From: an uncultured Gammaproteobacteria bacterium | Lineage (GTDB): Bacteria; Pseudomonadota; Gammaproteobacteria; Eutrophobiales; Eutrophobiaceae | Length of the DNA stretch: 64,000 nucleotides | Direction of reading: 5' to 3' | Assembly: GCA_958295485.1 (NCBI GenBank) | Contig: OY282354.1 | Coordinates: 2,403,417 to 2,467,416, forward strand | Shown here: one piece after another, positions 38,136-48,286 of the stretch | Layout: each line of letters starts with the position of its first letter | How positions within the stretch are numbered: position 1 is the first letter of the stretch | Program-made: the position numbers and the translations under genes | The notes under the pieces: generated by a model | Databases searched by the model: none | Told to the model about the DNA's origin: nothing | Seen by the model: only the letters and a program-made list of their open reading frames with translations

Positions 38136-39905
38136 GTGAAGCAGCTGCTATCCATCGAAGGCTTGACGGTGCATTTTGAAACCGATGAAGGCATCGTCGA
38201 AGCGGTGAACGACCTCAGCATGGAGGTCAACCGGGGCGAAATCGTCGGGCTGGTCGGCGAATCCGGCTCGGGTAAAACCGTGACCGCGCAGTCCGTTTTA
38301 CGGCTGCTCCCCCGCCCACCCGCAAAAATCGTCAAGGGAAACGTATTCTTCAATGACAACGACCTGTTGACGTTGCCCATCGAAGACCTCAGGAAAATTC
38401 GCGGCGCAGAAATCAGCATGATATTTCAGGAGCCCATGACGGCGCTCTCACCCCTGCACAGGGTCGGTCACCAGCTGTGCGAGATATTGCAATGCCACGC
38501 TGAAACTACCGGCGGCGTCACCAGCCAGGCGGCCTGGAAATCAGGTGAAGAATGGCTGGAAAAAGTGGGGCTCCCCGAGGCGCGGGAACGGATGTATTTC
38601 TACCCGCACCACCTGTCAGGCGGCATGCGTCAAAGGGTCATGATCGCCATGGCCATGATGCTGAAACCCAAACTGATCATTGCGGATGAACCGTCAACCG
38701 CCCTGGACGTGACGGTGCAAGCCCAGATATTCAAATTGTTGATGAGCATGAAGGACGACGACACTTCGTTGCTGCTGATTACCCACGACCTGGCGGTAGT
38801 ATGGGAATTGTGCGATCGAATCTACGTGATGAAAAACGCCAGGCTGGTGGAGAGCGGCAAGTTGGAAACCATTTTCAAATCCCCTGCCCATGAATACACC
38901 CGATCTTTGTTGAATGCAGTGCCGCGTTTATATGAGGAAGGCCGGCAACCGCCTCCTTCGCTCGATGCCGTGGCAAGTCGTCCCCCTCTCCCCCTGGGAA
39001 CGTCTCAAAAGGACGTTATATTCCCCTCTCCCCCGGAGGGAGGGAATGTAAAGAAAGCCGACCTTGGCGATAAGGGAGACAAGCTGATCCGGGCAGAGGA
39101 CCTGCGGGTCTGGTTTCCGGTGAAAAAAGGCTTGCTGGCGCGAACGACGGACCACGTCAAGGCCGTCGATGGCGTCAACCTGACTATCGAAAGAGGCATG
39201 ACAATGGGCTTGGTCGGGGAATCGGGCTCGGGAAAAACCACCCTGGGAAGGGCGCTAATCGGGTTGCAATCCATCAACAACGGCAGCGTCATCTTTGAAA
39301 GTGAAGCAATCAGCGGATTGAAACGGCGCCGGTTGAAACCCTATCGGCGCAACCTGCAAATGATCTTTCAGGACCCCTACTCATCGTTAAACCCGCGCAT
39401 GACGATCATGGACATACTGACGGAAGGCCTGGAAGAACACGGTTTGCTGCACTCGCCGAAAAAAGACAAGGCCGTTCAGTTATTGGAGGAGGTTGAACTC
39501 AAGGCGGACATGGTCAACCGCTACCCTTTCGAGTTCTCCGGCGGCGAACGCCAGCGGCTCAGCATTGCCAGGGCGCTGTCACTGGAACCGAAATTCATCG
39601 TTGCCGACGAGGCCGTCAGCGCGTTAGACGTGACCATACAGGCGCAAATCATTGAATTACTGCAACGGCTACAGGAAAAATACAAAATCACTTATTTATT
39701 CATCTCCCACGATTTAAGCGTCGTCAGGCAACTGTCTGACCGAATTTCAGTCATGTACGAGGGCAAAATAGTCGAAGCCGGCAAAACCGATGACGTTATC
39801 TTCAACCCGCGACACGAATACACCCAAACCCTGCTGGAAGCCGTCCCCGTCCCCGGCGACCTGGACCGGCGCCGACGAATGCGCGGCGAAAATCAACCCC
39901 GCTAA
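38136..39905 (+). CDS. ABC transporter ATP-binding protein, fused tandem ATPase (YejF-like)
   Basis: Two Walker A sites (GESGSGKT twice) and two LSGG signatures; GTG start after GGAG. Confidence 0.85.
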   Translation: MKQLLSIEGLTVHFETDEGIVEAVNDLSMEVNRGEIVGLVGESGSGKTVTAQSVLRLLPRPPAKIVKGNVFFNDNDLLTLPIEDLRKIRGAEISMIFQEPMTALSPLHRVGHQLCEILQCHAETTGGVTSQAAWKSGEEWLEKVGLPEARERMYFYPHHLSGGMRQRVMIAMAMMLKPKLIIADEPSTALDVTVQAQIFKLLMSMKDDDTSLLLITHDLAVVWELCDRIYVMKNARLVESGKLETIFKSPAHEYTRSLLNAVPRLYEEGRQPPPSLDAVASRPPLPLGTSQKDVIFPSPPEGGNVKKADLGDKGDKLIRAEDLRVWFPVKKGLLARTTDHVKAVDGVNLTIERGMTMGLVGESGSGKTTLGRALIGLQSINNGSVIFESEAISGLKRRRLKPYRRNLQMIFQDPYSSLNPRMTIMDILTEGLEEHGLLHSPKKDKAVQLLEEVELKADMVNRYPFEFSGGERQRLSIARALSLEPKFIVADEAVSALDVTIQAQIIELLQRLQEKYKITYLFISHDLSVVRQLSDRISVMYEGKIVEAGKTDDVIFNPRHEYTQTLLEAVPVPGDLDRRRRMRGENQPR

Positions 39906-39924
39906 ATCTGCTTTTAACCTGAAC

Positions 39925-41547
39925 ATGGATAAACGCGTCTTAACAATCGGGCTAATTGCCGTATTATTTACTACCACTTCATGCGGGATTGATTATGAAA
40001 CCAATGTTGCCGATGGGACGCGCCGGCAGGTGCTGCACGTCGGCAATGGGGATGAACCCCGGGAACTGGACCCCCATATCGTCACGGGCAACATCGAGTT
40101 CAAACTCTGCATGGCCCTGCTTGAGGGCTTGCTCAGCAGACATCCCGAGGATTTACGTCTCATGCCCGGGGTGGCCGAATCCTGGCGCGAGGGCGACGGC
40201 GGTAAAACTTACCTGTTCCGTCTGCGGGAAGACGCCAAGTGGTCTAACGGCGACCCGGTAGTCGCGCAGGATTTTGTCTTTTCATGGCAACGGGCGCTGC
40301 TGCCGGCCCTGGGTAATAATTACGCTTACATGCTTTATTACCTCGAGAATGCGGAGAAATTTCATAAGGGGGAGATAAAGGATTTTGCCAAGGTGGGCGT
40401 CAAGGCCCTGGATGAACGAACCTTAGAGGTCAGGCTCGAAAATCCCGCGCCTTTTTTCCTGCAGCTGCTGGCCCATCAAAGTTATTATCCCGTCCACCGG
40501 GAAACTATTGAGAAATTCGGGGCGGCGGACGAACGGGGGACCAAGTGGACCCGACCGGGCAACCACGTGGGCAACGGTCCGTTCAAGCTGAAGGAGTGGG
40601 CGTTGAACAGGCGTATCGTCGTCGAGAAAAACGACCATTATTGGGATGCCGATGCCGTGAAACTGAATCAGGTCGTCTTCTATCCGATACAAAATGCAAC
40701 CACTGAAGAGCGCATGTTCCGCGCGGGGCAATTACACATTACCAACAACCTGCCGGTTGATAAAACAGAATATTACCGGAAAGAAAGGCCAGAGGCGCTG
40801 AAAATATTTCCTTATTTTTCCACTTATTATTATATTTTTAACACCCTTTCCCCCCCGCTGGATGATATAAGAGTGCGGCAAGCCCTGACCATGTCCATTG
40901 ATCGGAAACAAATCACGGAGAAAATCACCAAGGCAGGACAACTTCCCGCTTTTAATTTCACCCCACCCGATACCAACGGCTATACGGCCAAGGCGCGGGT
41001 AACCTATGATGCGGAACGGGCAAGAACGTTGCTGGCCGAAGCCGGTTATCCTGGTGGCGAAAATTTCCCGGTTATCGAGTTGATGTATAACACCTCGGAG
41101 GAGCACCGCAGGATCGCGATAGCTATCCAGCAAATGTGGAAAATCAACCTGAACGTCAACGTTACCTTGCTGAACCAGGACTGGAAGGTGTACCTGGACA
41201 AACGTGATTCAAAGGACTACCAGGTAGCGCGGGCAGGCTGGATCGGGGATTACCTGGATCCGATCACCTTCCTTGATTTGTTTGTTTCGACAGGTGGAAA
41301 TAACGATACAGGCTGGTCTGACAAACGCTACGATGAACTCATAGCAAAGGCCGCGACAATCGTTGAGCAGGAAAAGCGCTATGCCCTGTTGCAGGAAGCG
41401 GAGGCAATATTAATGACTGAGTTGCCCGTCATGCCCATATATACTTATGTAAGCAAGTCACTGGTATCGCCGGACGTGCGTGGATGGCGCCCGAACATCC
41501 TTGATCAACACCCGTATAAATATATTTCCTTGACTCCGTCTCAATAA
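39925..41547 (+). CDS. ABC transporter substrate-binding lipoprotein, family 5 (OppA/DppA-like)
   Basis: Start MDKRVLTIGLIAVLFTTTSC (lipoprotein-type signal). Confidence 0.85.
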   Translation: MDKRVLTIGLIAVLFTTTSCGIDYETNVADGTRRQVLHVGNGDEPRELDPHIVTGNIEFKLCMALLEGLLSRHPEDLRLMPGVAESWREGDGGKTYLFRLREDAKWSNGDPVVAQDFVFSWQRALLPALGNNYAYMLYYLENAEKFHKGEIKDFAKVGVKALDERTLEVRLENPAPFFLQLLAHQSYYPVHRETIEKFGAADERGTKWTRPGNHVGNGPFKLKEWALNRRIVVEKNDHYWDADAVKLNQVVFYPIQNATTEERMFRAGQLHITNNLPVDKTEYYRKERPEALKIFPYFSTYYYIFNTLSPPLDDIRVRQALTMSIDRKQITEKITKAGQLPAFNFTPPDTNGYTAKARVTYDAERARTLLAEAGYPGGENFPVIELMYNTSEEHRRIAIAIQQMWKINLNVNVTLLNQDWKVYLDKRDSKDYQVARAGWIGDYLDPITFLDLFVSTGGNNDTGWSDKRYDELIAKAATIVEQEKRYALLQEAEAILMTELPVMPIYTYVSKSLVSPDVRGWRPNILDQHPYKYISLTPSQ

Positions 41548-41573
41548 CCGACTTCGATAAATAAACCCGGTGG

Positions 41574-42512
41574 TTGAATTTGGTTAAATTCATACTCAAA
41601 CGCCTGTTGCAGGCCATACCCGTGCTGGTGACGGTAACGATAATCACCTTCCTGCTGATCCATGCGGCGCCCGGCGGGCCGTTTGACGAAGAAAAAGCGG
41701 TGCCGCCGGAGGTTTTGAAACACCTTAACGAACGCTACAAACTCGATCAACCGATCCACGTTCAATTTTATGATTACCTGAAGAATGCCTTGCAGGGAGA
41801 CCTGGGACCGTCCTTCAAATATCCCGGCAGGTCAGTCAACGAGATTATCGCCGCCGGATTTCCCGTTACGTTCGAGCTGGGATGTTATGCCCTGCTCTTT
41901 GCGTTGCTCATCGGGGTCGGCAGCGGCATCATCGCCTCCCTGCAGCCGAACACCTGTCAGGATTACGTCCCCATGGCATTCGCCACGATGGGGATCTGCC
42001 TCCCCTCTTACGTGCTCGGCCCCTTGCTGGTATTGCTCTTCGGCATCTGGCTGGAATGGCTGCCCGTGGCCGGTTGGGAACTGACGCCGGGCGACAAGCT
42101 ATTGCCATCCATCACCTTGGGCTCCGTCTATGCCGCCTATATCGCCCGGTTAAGCAGGGGCGGCATGATTGAAACCCTGTCCCGTGATTTTATCCGCACT
42201 GCCCGGGCCAAGGGCATGCCCGAATCGATTATCATATTCCGCCATGCCCTGCGGGTCGGATTATTACCGGTGGTATCCTTCCTGGGGCCGGCCTTGGCGG
42301 GCTTGCTGACCGGTTCTTTTGTTGTTGAAACCATTTTCCAAATTCCCGGGTTGGGCCGGTATTTCGTGCAAGGCGCGTTCAACCGCGATTACACCCTGAT
42401 CCTGGGCGTCACCCTGTTGCTTGCCTCACTGATCGTCCTGTTCAACCTCATTGCCGACGTAATGATCGCCTGGCTCGACCCCAAGGTTCGCCATGAAACA
42501 ATCAATGGCTGA
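41574..42512 (+). CDS. ABC transporter permease (OppB/DppB-like), TTG start
   Basis: 312 aa permease fold. Confidence 0.8.
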   Translation: MNLVKFILKRLLQAIPVLVTVTIITFLLIHAAPGGPFDEEKAVPPEVLKHLNERYKLDQPIHVQFYDYLKNALQGDLGPSFKYPGRSVNEIIAAGFPVTFELGCYALLFALLIGVGSGIIASLQPNTCQDYVPMAFATMGICLPSYVLGPLLVLLFGIWLEWLPVAGWELTPGDKLLPSITLGSVYAAYIARLSRGGMIETLSRDFIRTARAKGMPESIIIFRHALRVGLLPVVSFLGPALAGLLTGSFVVETIFQIPGLGRYFVQGAFNRDYTLILGVTLLLASLIVLFNLIADVMIAWLDPKVRHETING

Positions 42513-43383
42513 CGTAAAAGGCGCAATAAGCGCATCGCCCCGGCAGGATGCCTGGAGGCGATTGAAAAAGAATAAACCGGCCATGTTCGGATTAGCAGTC
42601 CTGTCCGTATTCATTCTCCTTGCCCTGGCCGCGCCCTGGATTACTCCCTATTCATACTCCGGGCAGAATCTCGAGCTGGGCGCAAGCCCTCCTTCAACAG
42701 GACATTGGCTAGGCAGTGATTTATTCGGGCGCGACATGTTGACAAGAATCCTTTATGGCAGCCGCGTCTCATTAGCTGTCGGTTTTATCGCCACGGCGGT
42801 CGCGCTGGTGATCGGCGTAGCATGGGGGGCAACCGCCGGCTACCTGGGCGGGCGCATCGATAACCTGATGATGCGTTTCGTTGATATTCTTTATGCGCTG
42901 CCGTTTACTGTTTTCATCATCCTGTTGATGGTGGTGTTCGGCAGAAATATCTTCCTGTTGTTCCTGGTCATCGGCGCGGTGGAGTGGTTGACCATGGCGC
43001 GCATCGTGCGGGGGCAGGTATTGCACATAAAGCAACAGGACTTTATCGAGGCAGCCGTCAGTTTCGGTTTGTCCAGGTTTCATATCATTGTCAAACACGT
43101 CATACCGAACATCATCGGGCCGGTTATCGTATATGCTACGCTGACCGTGCCCAACGTGATCCTGCTGGAATCCTTCCTGAGCTTCCTGGGGCTGGGCATT
43201 CAACCACCGCAAAGCTCATGGGGCTTGCTCATCGCTTACGGCGTGGAAACCATGGAAGAATATCCCTGGCTGTTGATCTTTCCCGCCTCGGTATTATCAC
43301 TGACGCTGTTTTCCCTCAACTTCCTGGGCGACGGCCTGCGCGATGCGTTCGACGTTCGCGACGGGGGCGTCCGGGAAGGGTAA
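42493..43383 (+). CDS. ABC transporter permease (OppC/DppC-like)
   Basis: 296 aa permease fold; no cognate ATPase gene follows. Confidence 0.85.
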   Translation: MKQSMADVKGAISASPRQDAWRRLKKNKPAMFGLAVLSVFILLALAAPWITPYSYSGQNLELGASPPSTGHWLGSDLFGRDMLTRILYGSRVSLAVGFIATAVALVIGVAWGATAGYLGGRIDNLMMRFVDILYALPFTVFIILLMVVFGRNIFLLFLVIGAVEWLTMARIVRGQVLHIKQQDFIEAAVSFGLSRFHIIVKHVIPNIIGPVIVYATLTVPNVILLESFLSFLGLGIQPPQSSWGLLIAYGVETMEEYPWLLIFPASVLSLTLFSLNFLGDGLRDAFDVRDGGVREG

Positions 43384-43462
43384 TTTCCTGTATTTTGCCC
43401 CTGAATCAACCATCAACAAAAAAAAATTGATGTATCCCAATTAATGGTATATATTCCTGCTT

Positions 43463-43729
43463 ATGACATGGACTGTTCACTTAACCCGAAAAGCGTATAA
43501 GCAACTGGCCAGGCTGCCGCAGCCGATACAAGATCTCGCCGACCTGGCCATCAGCGACCTGGAAGACCAGGGTATCAACCCACAGGGCTGAAATACCCTG
43601 AAAACAGACGATGACGAGTATCGCTTGCGCTTGAATTATCGTTACCGGATGCGCTATCGCATTACCGAAGAGCAGGCCCTGAAGATTGAGATATTTTACG
43701 TCGGACACCGGCAGGAGGCTTACCGATGA
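43463..43729 (+). pseudogene. higB: RelE/ParE-superfamily (HigB-like) toxin interrupted by an in-frame TGA at 43589-43591 (codon 43)
   Basis: MTWTVHLTRKAYKQLARLPQPIQDLADLAISDLEDQGINPQG*NTLKTDDDEYRLRLNYRYRMRYRITEEQALKIEIFYVGHRQEAYR. Same frame before and after the stop; the stop overlaps the antitoxin start (ATGA). Confidence 0.6.
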
Positions 43730-44097
43730 ACCAGGCATTAACCATCCGTCACGACCTGGGCGACGTGGTTCTCAGGCCAAGCGGCCAAGTGAACCGGGAA
43801 CGTCTTGAAAAGATGATCCGCTCCACGCTGGATCAATATCTGGAGGAAGACCACGTGCCTGCCAACATGGTGCACGACGCAGCGAAACGACGGCACGGCG
43901 ACCATTACCAAACCGCCGGCTATTACCTGTGTCTTTACCGCCAACGCGCCGGGTTGACCCAGGCTGAGCTGGCTGAACAAACCGGCATTCGCCAACATCA
44001 CCTGTCCGAAATGGAGCACAACAAGCGTCCCTTGGGCAAAACAAACGCAAAAAAGCTGGCGAATATCCTCGACTGCGATTACCGGAAACTGCTGTAA
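43726..44097 (+). CDS. higA: HTH-XRE antitoxin (HigA-like)
   Basis: LTQAELAEQTGIRQHHLSEMEHNKRPLGKTNAKKLANIL helix-turn-helix. Confidence 0.75.
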   Translation: MNQALTIRHDLGDVVLRPSGQVNRERLEKMIRSTLDQYLEEDHVPANMVHDAAKRRHGDHYQTAGYYLCLYRQRAGLTQAELAEQTGIRQHHLSEMEHNKRPLGKTNAKKLANILDCDYRKLL

Positions 44098-44236
44098 CGC
44101 CGGATAAAAAAGAAAAACAGCCCCTAAACCCACTGTTGGCGGGAACTGCTGGCGCGCTGGGGATTGGGGTGACAAATAAGCCGGTATATGTCAAAATAGG
44201 CGCCCATGTGATCAAAGATGCGAATGGGAGTAAGTC

Positions 44237-45007
44237 ATGGGTTTGTTGACCGGGAAACGGGCGCTGGTTGTCGGAGTCGCCAATGATCGTTCAATTGCCG
44301 CGGGAATAGCCGGGGCAATGCGGCGGGAAGGGGCTGAGCTTGCGTTCACTTATCAGAATGACAGGTTGAGGGAGCGCGTTGAAAAAATTGCGGACGGCCT
44401 TGGTTCGAAAGTTACCATCCCCTGCGAGGTATCCAGCGATAAAGAAATCCAGGGCGCGTTTGCCTCTCTCAAGAAACACTGGCGCAGCCTGGATATTCTT
44501 GTTCACTCCGTCGCCTACGCGCCCCGGGAACAGCTTGACGGTGATTACCTGCAAGGCGTCACCCGGGAAGGCTTTCTCATGGCCCATGACGTCAGTTCAT
44601 ACAGTTTTTCCGCGTTAGGCGAGGCAGCCCGCCCCATGATGCAGGGCCGGGATGCCGCCATGCTGACCCTGACTTACATCGGCGCGGTCAAGGCGATGCC
44701 GAATTACAACGTGATGGGGGTCGCCAAGGCAAGTTTAGAGGCCAGCGTACGCTACATGGCTTCCAGCCTGGGTCCGGAGGGCATACGCGTCAATGCGATT
44801 TCAGCGGGACCTGTTCGAACCCTTGCCGCCTCGGGCATCAAGGGCTTGAGGGGATTTCTCAACCACGTCGAACAAGTCTCACCGCTCCGTAGAAACGTTA
44901 CCATTGAGGAAATCGGCAACGTGGCCGCCTTCCTGTGCTCCGATTACGCCGCTGCGGTCACCGGCGAAATCACCTACGTCGATTGCGGTTACAACTCAGT
45001 GGGATAA
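44237..45007 (+). CDS. fabI: Enoyl-ACP reductase (NADH)
   Basis: 256 aa, [13 protein letters not shown] start region, Y-x6-K catalytic pair. Confidence 0.9.
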   Translation: MGLLTGKRALVVGVANDRSIAAGIAGAMRREGAELAFTYQNDRLRERVEKIADGLGSKVTIPCEVSSDKEIQGAFASLKKHWRSLDILVHSVAYAPREQLDGDYLQGVTREGFLMAHDVSSYSFSALGEAARPMMQGRDAAMLTLTYIGAVKAMPNYNVMGVAKASLEASVRYMASSLGPEGIRVNAISAGPVRTLAASGIKGLRGFLNHVEQVSPLRRNVTIEEIGNVAAFLCSDYAAAVTGEITYVDCGYNSVG

Positions 45008-45084
45008 TTTAACTGAACCCGATAAACCATTTCTTTTACCCAAGCGGCATGACAACACTGTATTTTGATGGATAGTTACCGGCT

Positions 45085-45164
45085 TTCAGTTGTTGGTTTT
45101 CAGGACAGGCGGGCAAGCCCGCATCGACCTGAAACCTGGAACTATCAGTCCATCAATACAAAGT
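45085..45164 (+). repeat. Conserved ~85-nt hairpin-containing element, copy A, in the 5' UTR of the GltP-family gene
   Basis: Shares TTCAGTTGTTGGTTTTCAGG ... ATCGACCTG ... CAGTCCATCAATACAAAGT blocks with 52898-52984. Confidence 0.8.
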
Positions 45165-45179
45165 TGGCGGAGGCTGGAT

Positions 45180-46382
45180 ATGCATAAAAATAATTGGTTA
45201 TTATGGGCGATACTTATCGCCGCCATTGCCGGGATATTCTGCGGTTGGTTCTTCGGTCACTCGATGACCGCCGTAGAGTGGGTAGGCGATTTGTTCCTGG
45301 ATGCGTTGAAAATGACCATCATTCCGCTCATCGTCGCAGCCGTCATAAGCGGCATCGCGTCCATCGGCGATGCGAGCAGGTTACAGCGCCTAGGCGGCCT
45401 GACCGTGCTTTACTATTTCTGCACCACCAGCATAGCCGTTTTATTGGGCTTGATTATTGTGAACATCATACAGCCCGGCGCCGGGCTCACAGAAGTAAGC
45501 GAGGTCATCCCCGACCAGGTGGCGGGAAAAGAAGAAACCGGATTCATAGAGATCATCCGCTCATTAATCGGCTCCAATATCATTGCCTCGGCGGCGGAGA
45601 CCAAGTTGCTGGAGGTAATTGTATTTTCCATTTTATTCGCCGTGGCGCTGACAACAATCGGCGAACGGGGAAAACCCATATTGGATTTTTTCGACGGCAT
45701 GAACGAAGTCATGATAAAAATCGTCGTCTGGATAATGTACTTTGCCCCTATTGGTATTTTTGCCCTGATTTCGGCCAAGCTGGGGGATTCGGGCGGCGGG
45801 GAAAATTTCTGGCGGGAAATCGCCGGCGTCGGAAAATACATGCTGACAGTTATTATCGGGCTGACCATGCATTTCTTCGTGCTGTTGACCATATTGGTTG
45901 TCCTGAGCCGGCGCGGGCGGGAATTTATCATCAACATGTCCAAGGCCCTGGTCACGGCTTTCGGCACTGCCAGTTCATCCGCAACACTGCCGCTGACCAT
46001 GGAGTGCGCTATTGAATCCGGCGTGGATAAACGCGCCGTGAAGTTTGTCCTGCCCTTGGGCGCTACGGTGAACATGGACGGCACTGCTCTCTACGAAGCC
46101 GTAGCCGTGATGTTTATCGCCCAAGCCTACGGTATTTACATGTCCGCCACCGACCAGGTCGTGATCTTCATCACTGCTACCCTGGCGGCGATCGGCGCTG
46201 CCGGAATCCCTGAGGCCGGCCTCGTGACCATGATCATCGTCCTGACCGCGGTGGGTTTGCCCATGGAAGGCATCGGCCTGCTGCTCGCAGTAGACTGGTT
46301 CCTGGACCGGATGAGAACAACGGTGAACGTCTGGGGCGATAGCGTTGGTTCAACAGTGATAGAAAGAATCTGCTTCAAGTAA
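45180..46382 (+). CDS. Sodium:dicarboxylate/amino-acid symporter (GltP/DctA family)
   Basis: Start MHKNNWLLW after GGAGG; the preceding 30 ORF codons lie in a repeated non-coding element. Confidence 0.85.
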   Translation: MHKNNWLLWAILIAAIAGIFCGWFFGHSMTAVEWVGDLFLDALKMTIIPLIVAAVISGIASIGDASRLQRLGGLTVLYYFCTTSIAVLLGLIIVNIIQPGAGLTEVSEVIPDQVAGKEETGFIEIIRSLIGSNIIASAAETKLLEVIVFSILFAVALTTIGERGKPILDFFDGMNEVMIKIVVWIMYFAPIGIFALISAKLGDSGGGENFWREIAGVGKYMLTVIIGLTMHFFVLLTILVVLSRRGREFIINMSKALVTAFGTASSSATLPLTMECAIESGVDKRAVKFVLPLGATVNMDGTALYEAVAVMFIAQAYGIYMSATDQVVIFITATLAAIGAAGIPEAGLVTMIIVLTAVGLPMEGIGLLLAVDWFLDRMRTTVNVWGDSVGSTVIERICFK

Positions 46383-46384
46383 AG

Positions 46385-48286
46385 TTAAAACGCCTCGTCG
46401 TATATTTCCACGTCGGCGGTAGTTTGCAGGTCTTTGGTGAATTCCGTCCAGGTCGCCCCGGAAGCAGTTTGCAGTAATTGGCTGTGTATCGCGTCCAGTT
46501 CTTCTTTTTCTGTTGTTTCCCGGTTCGCCTTGGTAACGGAATGTACGATAACGACTGCATAATCCCCCGTTCCCAAGGGCGTGCCACCGAATCCGGGTTT
46601 GCCTTCAGCCGGCAAGCCCGCCTTGAATGCAACGCGCAACACAGCCCGGTTGGTATTCTCATCGTCCCTTGCGACGCCTTCGACCTCCTTCCAATCCAGG
46701 GAAAATTCCGAGGCCAGGGTTTCTTTTGATTGACCATCATTTAATTTTTCCAGGATAAGCTCGCCCCGCTCTTTCATCTGGGCGCTTGCCTGTTCATATT
46801 TGATCTGGGTGATGATTTCATCCCGCACCGATTCCAGTGGCTTCTTTTGGGTCGGCCGACGCTCCAACACGCGCAATACGATATAGCGATCATTATCCAA
46901 CTCAATGACATCGCTGTTATTTTCCTGCAATAGCGTTTCTTCGCTGAAAGCGGTTGAAATAACCGCGGGCTCGGCGATAATGCCGACGCCAGGCGCCTCC
47001 CGGCTGACGAAATCACTCTGCTGTATCTCAAGAGCCAACTCCTCACTCGCCACCTCCAGGGTACCGGGATTTTCATAGGTCAAAGTCGCCAGCCTGTCCG
47101 TCAATTCGTATAACTGTTCACTGCCCTTGCTTTCCCTCAGGTCTTGCTCCACCTCGTCCCGCACACTGGCGAACGTGACGGTGTCGCCCTTGATTTCATC
47201 CACCCCAATGATGTGGAAACCGTCCCTGGATTGCACAGGTTCACTGATCTCCCCCTCGTTCAGGGTGAATGCCACTTCGTCGGCTTCCGGTTCCAATACG
47301 CCTTTTGCCAGGAAACCAAATTCACTGAACTCAATGCTGTCCGCATAGCCTCCCGTATTTTCTACCGCGACCTCTTCGAATTCCCGGCCCGCCTTGATTA
47401 GCCCATGCAGCTCTTCGGCCTTGGCCCTCATCTCATCGAGCGCAGCCTGAGATGGCTCTTCGGGGAGTTTGAGCATGATTTGTTTTACCTTGCGCGTTTC
47501 TTCCACCTCGTAGTTCTGTCTGTTTTCGTTAAAATAGACCTCCGGTTCGCCTTCCTCCAGGTACACCTCCTCCGCAACCTTGGCTAAAGACAACACCAAG
47601 TAGGCTATTTTGACTTTTTCCGGCTCCATGTAACGGCCGGCTTCTTCATAATATGAATTAACCTGCTCATCCGTTACCTCAATGGTTTCCTTCAGTTCAT
47701 TGGATGACAAGACCACGTAGGAAATATCCCGGGTTTGATTTTTCAACCCGGAAAATGCGTCCGCTTCGGACTGCATCACAAAATCGGTTTCCAACAAGGC
47801 ATCCCGCAGCTGTTCCGCGGACATATCCTGTTTTATCTGCGCCGTGAAGCCCGCCGGCGTCATGCCTGCCTGATTTGCCGCGGCTTCGAACAGTAATGGA
47901 CTGAACCCGTTGCCGTCGTTGAATGCGGATATTTCCTGAACGGTTTGCCATACCTCCTGGTCACTCACCCGCAAACCGATCTTTCTACCCGTTTGCTTGA
48001 ATAACTCGACTTGCACCAGGCTATCAATTGCCTGCTTCTTTAACAGCGGCGTCGATTCTTCCAGGACCGGGCCGTCTGACATGGATTGCCACTGCTGGCG
48101 TATGTTCTGGTAAGCGCGCTGATAAGCCGCCAAGGTAATCTCTTCGCCATTCACCTCGACTGCGGTGACTCCGCCGGCCTGGTCGAAATAATAATTTACG
48201 CCCCAAAACGCAAAGGGAATGATCAAGATACCAAATACGAGTACAGCTACCCAGCCTTTAAGTTGATCTCTAATCGTTAGCAACAT
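46385..48286 (-). CDS. ppiD: Periplasmic chaperone / peptidyl-prolyl isomerase D
   Basis: 633 aa, N-terminal TM MLLTIRDQLKGWVAVLVFGILIIPF, parvulin domain. Confidence 0.9.
   Translation of the reverse strand: MLLTIRDQLKGWVAVLVFGILIIPFAFWGVNYYFDQAGGVTAVEVNGEEITLAAYQRAYQNIRQQWQSMSDGPVLEESTPLLKKQAIDSLVQVELFKQTGRKIGLRVSDQEVWQTVQEISAFNDGNGFSPLLFEAAANQAGMTPAGFTAQIKQDMSAEQLRDALLETDFVMQSEADAFSGLKNQTRDISYVVLSSNELKETIEVTDEQVNSYYEEAGRYMEPEKVKIAYLVLSLAKVAEEVYLEEGEPEVYFNENRQNYEVEETRKVKQIMLKLPEEPSQAALDEMRAKAEELHGLIKAGREFEEVAVENTGGYADSIEFSEFGFLAKGVLEPEADEVAFTLNEGEISEPVQSRDGFHIIGVDEIKGDTVTFASVRDEVEQDLRESKGSEQLYELTDRLATLTYENPGTLEVASEELALEIQQSDFVSREAPGVGIIAEPAVISTAFSEETLLQENNSDVIELDNDRYIVLRVLERRPTQKKPLESVRDEIITQIKYEQASAQMKERGELILEKLNDGQSKETLASEFSLDWKEVEGVARDDENTNRAVLRVAFKAGLPAEGKPGFGGTPLGTGDYAVVIVHSVTKANRETTEKEELDAIHSQLLQTASGATWTEFTKDLQTTADVEIYDEAF

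Noticed and set aside
43589-43591. The in-frame TGA in the HigB-like gene as a selenocysteine codon
   Set aside because: RelE/ParE toxins are not selenoproteins. No SECIS-like hairpin follows the codon, and no sel genes lie nearby. A nonsense mutation or sequencing error is far more likely.
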